From the NCBI GenBank assembly GCA_963693365.1, contig CAVNZM010000002.1, positions 17,331,615 to 17,395,614 of the forward strand: a stretch of DNA of 64,000 bases, written 5' to 3'. Source of the stretch: Amoebidium appalachense. Taxonomy: Eukaryota; Protista; Ichthyosporea. A program made the translations under genes and the position numbers. Shown in pieces: positions 37,810-55,830 of the stretch; position 1 is the first letter of the stretch, and the number at the start of each line of letters is the position of its first letter. Below the pieces are notes generated by a model. The model was given only the letters and a program-made list of their open reading frames with translations, was not told where the DNA came from and searched no databases.

Positions 37810-38078
37810 AAACCCTTCCTCTCCTATCCACTCTACCTGCCCCTCTCTTCTCACCAATCGGCACCCAATCTATATTATAAAAGCCTGCCAGTTGCATCAC
37901 AATCACTTCTGATTTTTGGCAATCTTTTTTCATGCTGAATCGAATCGATTATCGTATGCACAGGGGTCCGTGTCTTCCCCCCCCCCCCCCTCCCCCCCCC
38001 CTCCCCCCCCCCTCCCCCCCTCCCCCTCAAAAAAAAAAACATCGAAAAAGAAACCTACCCGTCATAAAAACACCTCAT

Positions 38079-38109
<31 letters not shown>

Positions 38110-39370
38110 CAAAAAAAAAAAAAAGACCCCCGACCATACCTTGGTTGTGCATGGCGCAGCAATCGCCGTGCCCGATGCGCACCACGGTGCCCCCTCCGTC
38201 CACCGGTGAGCTCTTTCTCCTGCACATCTGGTGGCTGGTTATCCCCGAATTTTGCATGTACATACTTAAATTTGTTCAGTTGCCGCAAATTTGACTTAAG
38301 ATCATAGACCGCTTCAAGTGTACACTGTCTGCCTCAGTCCGAACTGCAAGTTAAATCCGACCAACAAAAGGTGCATGAAAACAAAACAATACAAAAAATT
38401 TAACCCTGATCACGTGAACAATTCAGCAGAAAAATGTGGAGGGGGGACTACATAGGGAGGGGGGGAGGGGGGGAGGGGGGACGTTAACAAAATATTATAG
38501 AAGCTCTTCGTCTGTTCTGTTCGAAAAGGTCCATTAGAAGCTTATAGCGACTGAGTATCAGTGGATTATAGCTCAGGAGGAAAGGACGCGATCCTACATA
38601 GCCCTGCGGGGTTGCACAGTTGAAGGAAATGGGTTGTGCGGATTTGTTTTGTTTTCTTTGCTGGTGGTCAGTTCCGTGACTTTTGAGCAAAGGAGAAAAT
38701 TTCTACACACATTTTTTTATGTGCGTGCGTGCGTGGGTGTGTGCTTGGGTGTGTGCGTGCGTGCGTGTGTGGGTGCGTGCGTGCGTGGGAGCGTGCGTGG
38801 GTGCGTGCGTGTGTGCGTGCGTGGGTGTGTGCGTGGTTGCGTGCGTGCTTGCGTGCGTGCGCGCGTGCGTGTGTGTGTGGGGGGGGGGGAAAGGGGGGGG
38901 TGGAGGTGGAGGAGAGGGGGGAGGAGGGAGGGGAGACCGGGGGGGGGAAGGGGGGCTCTTAAGGGTAATTTTTCTTCTTCTTCTTCTTCTTCTTCTTCTT
39001 TTTGTGGTTGGAGGGGGGGGTGGGGGGGAGGGGACGGGGAAGGGAGGGGGGTGTATTGCCCAAAAAAGTCGTCGTCTTAGTATTGATAGTCACTCTTACC
39101 TATTGGTATCGTTTGCAGGCCTGAGCACCAAATCTCAAGTGCATATCACGGACCACTTACTGCGGCCAATCAATCACATGCAGAGTCTGTTCCAGACAGA
39201 CTTTTTAATCTTATCATTGATCATTAATTTCAAACCGTTCACCATTTAGAAGGGAACACTTCTGCATACTATTTACAAATATGGAGGCACAGCATGACGT
39301 CTCGTGCTCATTTGAAACTCCCCTTAAGATTCTGACCACTATCTCATAATTAACCAACAACCTTTGCACG

Positions 39371-41260
39371 TTAAAATCTGAGACTCAAATCTTGCCCCTG
39401 TGGGATTGACGCCGTCTGATACTGCACCGCCCTGGTGCGACCCTCCAGAATATAGATTTGCTGCCCGTTGCTTGCACGATTGCCGCTATGCTTGCTAGTG
39501 GATTTGATGGTGAACCGTGCACCAGGGTTCATGGGTTTGCCCTCTGCCCACGAATCCCAAATCGCACCGGACGTCCCAGCGACATTATTGGTGAATGTGG
39601 CATCGATTAGCACCGATCCGGTTACTTGGTTGTTTGCGATCGCCCCTCCACGGCCGCGATTTGCGACATTTCCAATGTATGTGCCGCGAATTTCCGCAGT
39701 GCCATAAACACGCTCGATCCACATTGCACCACCACGAGACTTCCACCCATAGTTGTAGGCTACGTTTTCTTTAAACACAGAGTTGATTTTAAGAAGTGCA
39801 GTGTCAGCTACCAAGGCAATGTACAGCGCACCCCCGGCAGATGCTGTGTTCTTCTCAAACACGTTGTTGTTTATGTTTGTGGTGGCGGTGATAGACTCTA
39901 TCATCAGTGCGGCACCCAAACTGTGGGGATATTCAAAAGTGTTGTTTCCAACATAGTTGTTCACTACGTCAATAGGCCCGCGCCCCTCCCGCACCCACAC
40001 GGCGCCGCCACCCAACCACATCAGAATCTGGTTGCCGTTACTGTCGATGTAGTTGGGCACATAGTTGTTTGTGAATGTGGAGTTCTCGATCCTCAGCCCG
40101 GATGTGCGGCCAACAAAAATCGCAGCACCGCCATGGCTACGCGAGATGAAGTTGTTAAACGTGCAGTCCACAATAGTGAGAGATATGGTGGTGTCGGGTT
40201 TGGTTGGTTGGTCCGATTGCCCAAGGTCTGGGGTGCGCAACACGGAGCCCGATGAGCCCCTGCACTCAAAATAGATGTGCCTGAGGGTGATGGCCTGGCC
40301 ATTGCCGGTGGCGCGGAACATGGCCCCCCAGTCGCTGGCTGTGTTGCCGTACAGCCGCACCTGCGCCCTGGAGTTGGGGTTGCCGGCAAGGGTGAGGGAC
40401 TTGGAGAAATGGATCTCGCTGCTGACTGTTAGGCCGTCTCTGTTGAGATAGATGGTGCTGTTGGATGGGGCGTTGCGAATGGCCGAGGCAAGGTCCGTGT
40501 AGCATTGCTGTGGTATTTGTGGTTAGTAAAGTGCACACGCTCCTGGCTGCTGAAACCTCGGTTTCTGTTAATCCAGCCATAGCCCGAGCCCTGCTAAAGC
40601 TTATGATACCGCACTTCTGCGATTGCACTTTTGGGTTAGGATACCAAGTACACGCATTCACTGGTACCAAAGGCCATTTTATTCTTGTTTTCTTTAGTTT
40701 TCAAATCTAACCGTGCCCTTCACACAAAATTGTTACTCTGACCACGATGTGTACTGCCCGTGACAATTTGCCTGCATCCACACGGCTTTAATAGTAGTAC
40801 TCAAAAAACCCCTGACTTCACAAGTATACTGTGCATAGACACTGCCCACCACCATCATTGTCATTTCGGAATTCATAACGCCCAGCAATTAGTATGTATT
40901 GTGCATCCCATATGGCAGTTTAACGCAGAGCATGAATGACGACGTAAGGGAATATATACACACCTGCCCCACGGCTATATCGCAGCTCACACTTGCCCCA
41001 GTAGAAGTTGCAGGCTGGGTTGTAGTAGTGGTAGTCCTATTAGTGCTGGTTGTGCGTGTTGATGGTGGACTCCGAGCTGCAAACCCAATGGGGGCCAGTT
41101 TGGTAACTGCTGAGGGTGCCAAGGTGTTGGCTGCGGGGTTTGCTCTTAATGGGATGTAGGTGTTGGTGGGGTTTGGGATAATGAATGCTGTGGATGTAGG
41201 CGCAGCAAAGGCGCAGCTGGCTAGGACTGTGGCCACCAGAAGTGACGATATGTGCGCCAT
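39371..41260 (-). CDS. Secreted right-handed beta-helix (pectin-lyase-fold, Pmp-like repeat) protein
   Basis: Exon 1 41260-40964 (signal peptide MAHISSLLVATVLASCAFA, Thr/Pro linker); GT-AG phase-0 intron; exon 2 40507-39371 (QCYTDLASAIRNAPSNSTIYL...SLTLAG, then GGAAI, GGAV, GGAL, GGAM and GGAI alternating with FTNN, FEKN and FKEN). Confidence 0.85.
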
Positions 41261-42188
41261 GTTTGCTGTTTTTTGGGTGAGAGTACGTGTTGAAGGTGTG
41301 GTGTGGAATTAATATCGATATGAGGAATATTGGTAGACGTGTGTCTCGGTTGTTGCTGCCTACTACTGCGCTTTACGGCCTCTTATTTCAGTGCCACACA
41401 ACGATTTCTGGCTACAGTCTAGTTTTACGACTGCGCTGTCTCTTGTCGGTTTTGAGTTGCCATATTCTTCCATGATACATGTGCCGGAATTGTGCGCTTC
41501 CGCCGGATTGTCATCTGGCCCAGAGGGGTTGCAAATAGATCATGTCCAGGAGGGCCCTAGGAGGGTCGGGGAAAATCGCTTAGTCCATGATATTTTGTTA
41601 CAAGACCGAAAAATCCCAACTGTGACAGCAAATACATGTATAAGGCAGCCACAACCACAGCTCAACCGAATCTCGCCTGTCCTGCAGGAGTCTCGGCTAT
41701 ATTTAGCGCAGGTCGGGATCAAATTAGGTACATGTAGTTTCGCACATGTACACGCGAGCTTGAAAACGACCATTGATGGCGAAGAACGGCCACGTGCTGC
41801 ACATGCTTAAATAAATCATTGTATGCATGTTGGGATCATAAGCAAAGTTAGTATATATTTGGCATATGCTTTGCTGTGTAGCCGCAGTTTGGTCACAGCG
41901 GCGACCACGGCAGGAAGCCTTCCGCATGACAGAACGGTGGAATCAAAACGACCATCAATCCATTTTGCACCCCTCAGATCCAATCTAAAAAAAGATCTTT
42001 TTACATCCGATTGGCGGTGGTTGTCAGTGTTGCTGAATATCAATTGGACCAATAAACAAGTTTAAATACTGATTGGAATCTTGCGCCCCGTTAAATCTAT
42101 TGGTTGGGCCAATCGGAATTCGCACGTATCAGCAGTCTCGTGTGGCAGTAGGCACCGTCTGAAGCGTGTGGGCCACTTGGTGCGTGCT

Positions 42189-44435
42189 TTTTTTTATTTT
42201 ATTTTTATTTTTATTTTTTTATTTTATCACGTTTTGTTCCCGGAGGGCCTGAAAGGAAACTACCGTCTACCACACAGCACCGACAGTACACTAGTTAAGG
42301 TGCTATCTATGAGTTCAGCTAAGCTAAACCATCCTTCACAACCTAACTATAAGTACACACTTTGCCCAGGGCTACTACCCCAGCCACGCCGGCAGGAGGC
42401 TCCAGTCCTCCCCTCCATTCAAAACCTAGCAATAAACGTTAACCGAGGGCTCTCATTGGTCGATCTACAGTATTGGGAAGTCCTAGGTGTTGTGTATAAT
42501 ATTTACGGTGGGTATGGGTGGATGATGGGGTGTGGTGGTGGTGGTGGTGTGGGGTTGCTGCCTAACATTATGTGTTGTTGTACGTATGTTGTGGCGATGT
42601 TTTTGTGGACTAAAAGGTGGGTTTTACAGGGCACACCGGGTCTGTGTGTGTTCCGGCAGTCAGAACAGGCCGGCCGGGTGTGTGTGGGGGGGGTGTATTT
42701 GTTGGTGTTTTGGGTTTTTGGAGAGCCATACTTTTCTTTCTACGGGTGGGGGGTATATGGTGGTGTTTTTGCATTTTGGGGTGGGTGGGGGGGAGTGTTG
42801 TGTTCCGCGGGTGCCAAATTTTTGAAAAGAAAAAGGATTGCAACTCTACTGTGATTTTTCCTAAGATGGCCCGGGTGGTGGTCTTGGTGGTGCCGGTGGC
42901 TGCAAGTAGTGGGCCCACCGATCGTGGGCAGAATCCCCGTTCGACCCACTTGGTGTCTTCGGGGTCAGGTGGGTCACCGTTGCCTCCTATCCAGTTTATC
43001 CATGCACATTGGTCTACCACCGTGGCTGCCGTATGGTGGTGTTGTGCCGTGGGGGTGTTTGGATGACGAGTGTGCAGGACGTTGTGGATGCAGGCTGTGA
43101 TGGCGGTGGTCAGGGTGGGGACTTCCCCGGCATGGGCCGGGCAGGCCCAGAGGTGGGTGGTGGTCTCAGGGTGCTGGCTGCACCGGGGGCATGTGGGCTG
43201 TGTAACGACGGTGGGGTGATCTCGGTGTATGTTACAGTGTAGCCGTGCCATGGTAGGCAGGGTGCCCATGGCCAGGGACAGGCTACGAGTGTTTCCTCTG
43301 ACTGCCCCGATGGTTGCCTGTGTGGGCCCCTTGTTGAGCTTGAGGGGGTTCCGTTCGGCTGGGAGCAGTCTGGGGTCGGCTAGTATGGACATAGCCTTGG
43401 TCTTGCCGGCCATGTCGGTGAGGAAGTCCTTGTTCAACCGGTTCAGTGTACCGGGAATGTTGCCGGGGATACGGTGGCCTTGTAGTCGTAGGAAGTATTT
43501 CCCCCCCCCCTGGGGCCGGAGGTAGGGGGGGGGGGGAGGGGGAGGACTCTTCCTGCATTGGCTGCCTTGTCTGCCTCGTTATTCCGTTGACCGTACCGTT
43601 TGGTGTTGGATTGGTGCCCCTTCACCCACGATACCTGTACAGAGCCTGGTTGCCGGAGAGAGAGTTGGTCTCGTACGTGAGCCCATTCCACTATGTGGGG
43701 GAACTTTAGCTTACGTCGAGGGGGTGTGGTGGGGTCTATATTTGCCGTCCATCGGTCGACTACTCCGAGGTTATCGAGCTTGATGTGGATGGGGGTGGTG
43801 GTGGGGGTGAGCAGGAGGGCTAGTAGTACCCCTGTGAGTTCGGCTTGGGTGGATGATAGGGCCGTATGGAGCCTGGTCTTGGCCGTCACTGGTGGTGCTT
43901 TCCGGTCCGGGGTGTCCAGCACAGCCCCGGCTCCGGCCTGGGCTATCCTCCTGCCCGGGTGGATGAGGCTGCCGTCCGTATAAACGGTGATCGGTTGGTC
44001 TGGGGGGATCAGGGTGATTTGCTGCTGCCACTCGTCATAGGTGGCCTGGGGCACCAAGTCGGTGTAGGTGAGCCTACGGGGAGTGGGTGGGCTCGGCAGG
44101 TCAGCCGGGTGGGCCGTGCACTTGTGTCCTGGTGGTGACCCTACCGGTGGTGGCTGCTGGGGGGGGGGTGGGCCGGGGAGGTCCCCCGGTAAGGGTGTGG
44201 CTTCCTCGTTGGCTTGCAGGTGGAGCATCTGGGGTGATGCCTGTTGGTGGGGGGGAAGATGCCGCCGAAAATGGTGTATCTTCCTCCACTGCTCGGCCGG
44301 ATCGGAGCCATCCTTCAGTGCGATGACTTGGTAGATGTCGATACTGTCGGTGTTGATGAAGTCCTTATGGTACTTCGGGACTACCATGTGGGTGGTGATT
44401 CGGGTCTTGAAGGCCACGTAGGGGTCTGCCCGTAC
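42189..44435 (-). mobile_element. 5'-truncated non-LTR retrotransposon (RNase H + CCHC), copy 2
   Basis: ORF 43443-44417 has VYTDGS, TQAEL, KLDN, WVKGH and NNEADKAA; ORF 42610-43437 has LPTMARLH...TCPRCSQHPETTTHLWAC. Frameshift in a G/C homopolymer near 43500-43545. (AAAAAT)n tail. 10-bp TSD ggtgcgtgct at 42179-42188 and 44436-44445. Confidence 0.94.
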
Positions 44436-45270
44436 GGTGCGTGCTCAGAAGCCTTAATCCTGAACACGAAGGTCAGTAGCGAAAGACATGTGCACGCGAG
44501 GTCGAAACAAGTTTTTGCAAGCCTTATTTTCAATGATTCCTCTCATTCTCCTAATTTTTTTTTTTTAATGTGGATCCTGTCTCATGTTCACCACCAAATA
44601 TGGCCGTGGCAGTGCGGACTCCGACAGATCTTCATCTATTTTAGACCATCTTGCCAAAGTATGACTTGAACCTGTTAACCTAGATGCTTACTTTATCATC
44701 CATGCCAATTAATAAGTGCAGGCGTCCCCATTTTTCTTCATGGGTGTAAGGTGTCTTGCTAGACTAAGTGCTTTCACCTACATATAACTGCGCACTCAAA
44801 GTCATATGCATGAATCGACATGTCCACACATGCACGTATACGTATACGTATACGTAGGGGTGCACAAATCTTCCAATCAAGAAAACATTCGAACATTGTC
44901 TCCTGCACCTTTCCGCACCCCTTTATCGCTCATGTCTCCCGGTACATATACGTGTACTTGCATGTCATGACGTGGTGGCTGCATCCAGTGCACAATACAC
45001 ATCTTGAATAAAACCCACAGGGGCCTATGAACGGTGTACGGTGGGTGGCCACACCTCGGCGCATGCACATGTGCGTGCATGCGAACAATGAATTCAAACC
45101 GCACGGTGCTTATTGGGATAATGCAACCAATTTGAAACCCATGCCGGCCCCCGCGTACGTGTGTGAGTGTGTGTGTGCACGCGTACGTGCACACGTGCGT
45201 GCTTGTTTACATATGTACTGTGGTATGGCAAAGGCATATAGCCTTGGTGTTTCTCCCTGAAGGAGAGCTA

Positions 45271-45353
45271 GCCTTTTTGGCCCAGATGGTCTAGCCTTCG
45301 GCCTAAGGACACCAAGTGCTCGGGTTCAAATCCCGATGGAGGAGGCCTTTTTG
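45271..45353 (+). pseudogene. tRNA-like element (tRNA pseudogene or SINE head)
   Basis: A-box-like tggcccagatgg, canonical B box ggttcaaatcc, perfect T-arm tcggg-ttcaaat-cccga and a T5 terminator. Acceptor, D and anticodon stems are degenerate. Confidence 0.6.
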
Positions 45354-45709
45354 TTCATGGGCCATACTTCAGTGTACCATGCAGCCATGTGTGTGTGTGC
45401 ACGTGGGTCTGTGCGTGTGCATGTGTGTGTGCTGTGGGCTCTGTGGGCGTGTGTACGTTCATCACGGTGCACACGGTGTGTCTTTGTGTCACGGTGTGTG
45501 TGTGTGGTGTGCACGTGTGTGTGTGTGTGTGCTGTTGTGCACAAAGCAAGCATGTGCCGCGCGTGGGTACGGTACATAAGTATGCGTGTTCAATACAATG
45601 CGTGTCTGCGTGTGTGTGGTGTGTTCGTGTTGTAATGGCGTTTGTGTGACAGTGTACGGTGTGTGTCGCAAAGCTTTATTTACTATTGTGTGTCTTTGGG
45701 GGAGCTCCA

Positions 45710-45747
<38 letters not shown>

Positions 45748-45752
45748 AATAT

Positions 45753-45831
<79 letters not shown>

Positions 45832-45836
45832 CACAT

Positions 45837-45867
<31 letters not shown>

Positions 45868-45885
45868 CGCGTGCGCGCGCGCGTG

Positions 45886-46590
45886 GTGGGTGACCCAAAG
45901 AGCTATTATGTACCTACCTTCTAGACCGAGCCGGTTCAACTATCTGATATGGCCGAACGTTTCAGACTGTATTATATCGGGGGGCTTTTTCTAGTTTCCT
46001 ACTTTTTTTGTTTTTATCCCGTTTTGTTCCCGGAGGTGCCCCTAGGGGCCCTCAGGGGGAACTACCGTCTTCCACCCAGCACCGACAGTACTCTAGCTAG
46101 GGTGCTACGATGCTATTAGCTAAATTGAACACACCTATAACAATCCTAACTATATGTACACACTTTGCCCAGGGTATCAACCCCGGCCACGCCGGTGGGT
46201 ATTTCTAGTTTCCTACGGTGTTGATCTATATAGGGGGGTGGATCCGGTTACGCGCCGGAACACCTTCACACAGTGTGTCATTGTCTGCATATGCCTGTAT
46301 GTGGGTGACAGAGTGACCGAGCTATTCTACGGTTGACATATGCACATTGGGTCTAAGCAAATGGTTGTGTTTTTCACCTGTTAACCTTAAACAACATGCA
46401 TGTGCTATAAACGCCTCAGTTTGCTTGCCAAACATCGACGACCTTCAGCGGCCAAAATAAAAGGCTTTGCGTCTTGGGATTTGGCTGACACGCCGAACCA
46501 ATCAAATCGAGGCAAATTTGGGCATATCCGGCTCACATCCCTATTGCGTCAAAAGACTCAAAACACGGTTTTAGCTCTTACCAGCCCATA
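45886..46590. mobile_element. Diverged copy of the 26951-27728 MITE family, interrupted by a LINE 3' end
   Basis: 46314-46590 aligns with 27163-27389 plus 27691-27728 (tgaccgagctatt...gaaccaatcaaatc...ggctcaca.ccctat.gcgtcaaaa). The left arm is degenerate and its boundary approximate. Confidence 0.6.
46003..46201 (-). mobile_element. Very short 5'-truncated LINE insertion (3' UTR only), copy 3
   Basis: Closely matches 11420-11617. Perfect 15-bp TSD tttctagtttcctac at 45988-46002 and 46202-46216; A-rich tail. Confidence 0.93.
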
Positions 46591-46593
46591 CAT

Positions 46594-46915
46594 AGTACAG
46601 ACTAACCTAGGGTTTACTCCCCAGCCTCGCCGGTGGGGAGACTCCGGCCCTCCCCTCCACTCAAAACCAACGAAATAATTTTTAACCACGGGCTCTCATT
46701 GGTTCAACCATGGTAGTGGTGTGCCCATTGTGTGTGTATGTTGTCTACGGTAGGTATGGGTGTATGGTGGGGTGTGGTGGTGGTGGGGGGTGGGGTTTCT
46801 GCCTGAGAGTGTGTGGTTTTGCGCATGTTAAGTTGCTACTGTGTTGTATGCTAATAGCCGTGGTTTGCACGGCTGGGTGGGTCTGTGTGTGAGCCGGCAT
46901 TCAGGGCATGCTGGC
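46594..46915 (-). mobile_element. Internal fragment of the same LINE family (ORF end and 3' UTR)
   Basis: Matches 11572-11885 (ccccagcc.cg.cggtggg, cccctccactca.aacc.acgaa, gggctctcattggttca). No tail or TSD seen. Confidence 0.8.
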
Positions 46916-46919
46916 GCCG

Positions 46920-47000
<81 letters not shown>

Positions 47001-47150
47001 ATGCACGTGTGTGTGTGTGTGTATGTGTGTGTGTGGATGTCACCGTGTGTGCATATGTGCGTGAGTTAGTTTGTGGGTGTGCACGTGTGTACAGTGTCAA
47101 TGGGTTATTTGAATTTGAAACATGGAGGGACATAATTAGTAGATCATTTT

Positions 47151-47181
<31 letters not shown>

Positions 47182-47192
47182 GGGGGAGTTAA

Positions 47193-47766
47193 GGGCCCAA
47201 CCACATCGGATGTGTCAACTTGCTCCGAGCAGAATTATTCTGCAAGAAGCAGAGTTAGTCTATAAGCAGCAGAATCATTCTGCTAAAAGCAGAATTATTC
47301 AGCAAATGCAGAATTGTTTTGCAAAAGCATAATCGATCTGCTAAAAACAGAATCGATCTGCTAAAAGCGGAATGATTCTGCTGAAATCTGCTTGTAGCAG
47401 AATGATTCCACTAAAAGCAGAATTTTTCCGCTAAAATGATTCTGCTAGAGGCAGAATTATTCCGCTAAAAATTCTGCTAAAAGCAGAATGATTCCAGCTA
47501 AAAGCAGATTTTGACAGCAGAATAATTCTGCTTTTGCGGAATAATTCTGCTAAAAGCAGCATAATTCTGCTAAAAGCAGAGTGATTCTTCTTTGGCGGAA
47601 TAATTCTGCCAAAAGCAGAATAGTTCTGCCAGCAGCAGGAATGATTGCAAAGTTTTGCAGAACAATTCTGCTTTTTGCAGAAAAATTCTGCTTTTTGCAG
47701 AATAACTCCGCTTGCACAGAATAATTCTGCTTTTGGCAAGTTGACTCTACCGATGTGGTTGGGCCC
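47193..47766. mobile_element. PIF/Harbinger-like foldback MITE filled with ~20-bp palindromic repeats
   Basis: TIR gggcccaaccacatcgg / ccgatgtggttgggccc, extending inward (gtcaacttgc / gcaagttgac); flanks TAA and TGA; interior is an array of aaaagcagaat(a/t/g)attctgc units. Confidence 0.85.
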
Positions 47767-47802
47767 TGAGTTACCCCAAAAAAGAGGGGGGAGGGGGAAA
47801 GG

Positions 47803-47838
<36 letters not shown>

Positions 47839-48142
47839 CGTCCCCGGGGTGCTTCCGGGGGGGGGGGGGGGGGGGGAAGGAGGAACCACCTGTTTACCGT
47901 GCATTTGAACAGATAGGTCCCCCCCTTCAGCCACCACCGCAGATGGGTGGTGCGCCCCCATCCGGCCCCTCCTCCACCGGTAGGACACCCATATATTGTT
48001 ACACACATACCCATTAATAATGGCCTGTATGCTGATAGCAGTTAGATTATTGATTTGGCCACTCAAGAAGTTGACCCTACTACTGACGCCGCCATTCGTC
48101 AGCAGTCATACACGCAGCCGCCCATACACGGACGTAGCACGC

Positions 48143-48385
48143 ACACACACATAGAATATAAATGACACACACAGAATATAAAACACACACACATAGAATA
48201 TAAAGCACACACACATAGAATATAAATCACACACACATAGAATATAAATCACACACACATAGAATATAAATCACACAATCATAGAATATAAATCACACAC
48301 ACACAATATAAATCACACACACGTAGAATATAAATCATACACACATAGAATATAAATCACACACACATAGAATACAAATCACACA
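48143..48385. repeat. ~22-bp minisatellite cacacacacatagaatataaat
   Basis: About 11 tandem units. Confidence 0.92.
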
Positions 48386-49896
48386 CACGCACACGTGCAC
48401 ATGCATCACGTTGTATACACCCACACGGATACGCACACACACGCACGCGCAAACACATCCACACACATGAACACACACAACGCACACACGCACATGCACT
48501 CACATGTACACACTGTGGCATGCACAAACACACACACACACACACATACACACACACACACACGTGCACACACACACACACACACACAGACACCCTGGCA
48601 CTCAGTTACTCTAGTGCGGGGCACTAATAAAAAACACGTACCAAGCACGCGTGGGCATACGTACATTCTGAATCACACTTCAAACCTTCGCTTGGGACAT
48701 GCGTCCGCAAAACACGATGTTTACTTCCTCTCATGCGTGTGCTGCCGGCATCAATAATAATATTATTAGCAGTGCCGAATTTATCGAGTGCATGGTACAC
48801 ACACACATACCGTAGTCTGTCAAACACGCACACACCGAACAATAATATGGTGTGCATATGTGCGTGAACTAGGCCCGGGCCCCTGAGGGAGTTTAGAGAC
48901 GCCACTGGGTCCGGATCCAGGACCAGTCCCCCTCCTCCCCCCTCCTCCTTTCCTCCCTTCCCCCCACCCTCCCCCCCCCTCCCCCCCCTCCCCCTTTCCC
49001 CCCCCCCCTTCCCCCTTCCGAATCCCTTCCTCCGCCGGGGGCCCTCCCTTGAACCCCGCAAACTCAAATGAGGTGTTGCATGAAGAACAAACAGTGACCG
49101 CGATCGTGGCGCCAACGGTCAGGTCGTCTATGATTGGCGGTTATTGAAAAGTGATTCCTGATTGGATAAAACCCATCACCTAATCGAATTAATCAGAGCG
49201 AAGCGGATCCTTAGTCTAGGAGTACATAGTTGATACAACAGACCGATACCTATAAGACCACCACTAGCCAGAGAATATTAAAACCACACGGCCATTATAA
49301 TTTTTATGGGCATAGTTCTAAAAGCGATAAAAATGTTGTAAGCGCACAAAAAAACATAGGCAATAATCATATTAACAGCATACGAATAAGTGAATGAGCA
49401 CTGGATTATGCAGTTTGGATAAGGTATTTTGCCCTGCTCTAGAGAGCCAATCGCGCACTGATGAAAGGGAAAAAGCTCTTCAACCAGAAAGTATTGATGA
49501 AAGTGTCCCATCTTTCACCTCTTGCACTCGTATGGTTTAGAGTTTGTGCTGTTTTCTCCCTGTACCTACGTACTCATCTAGCACATTTAGAAAATAGGAG
49601 GAGGTGTATGAAGAGTCCCAACAGCCTCCCACAGTTTTTGAAACAGAAACCTTCTTTTTCCAACACTTGACCAGGCCATAATTTATGAGGTTCCAGAGTC
49701 CTGCTGCAAGATCTTACGACTCCGCATGAACAAGAAACGAAGATCCAAACTTCTTGGTTATATATTTCACATTGCGGCAGAAAGAAGAATACTCTATTAA
49801 AAGTTTCCCAGGGAACATACGGTGCTTTTTTCCTTGTTCATTCTGTCCAATAACGTGGATCCAGCACACAGATCTTGCATTTAACATTTCCCAATA

Positions 49897-55830
<5,934 letters not shown>

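Noticed and set aside
35500-38260. Possible minus-strand multi-exon gene (exon-like blocks near 38220, 37500, 36930 and 35620)
   Set aside because: Splice-like signals exist, but I could not join an open, recognisable reading frame.
42081-42854. 257-aa plus-strand ORF and other antisense ORFs over the LINE copies
   Set aside because: Antisense shadows of GC-rich element sequence with no recognisable motifs.
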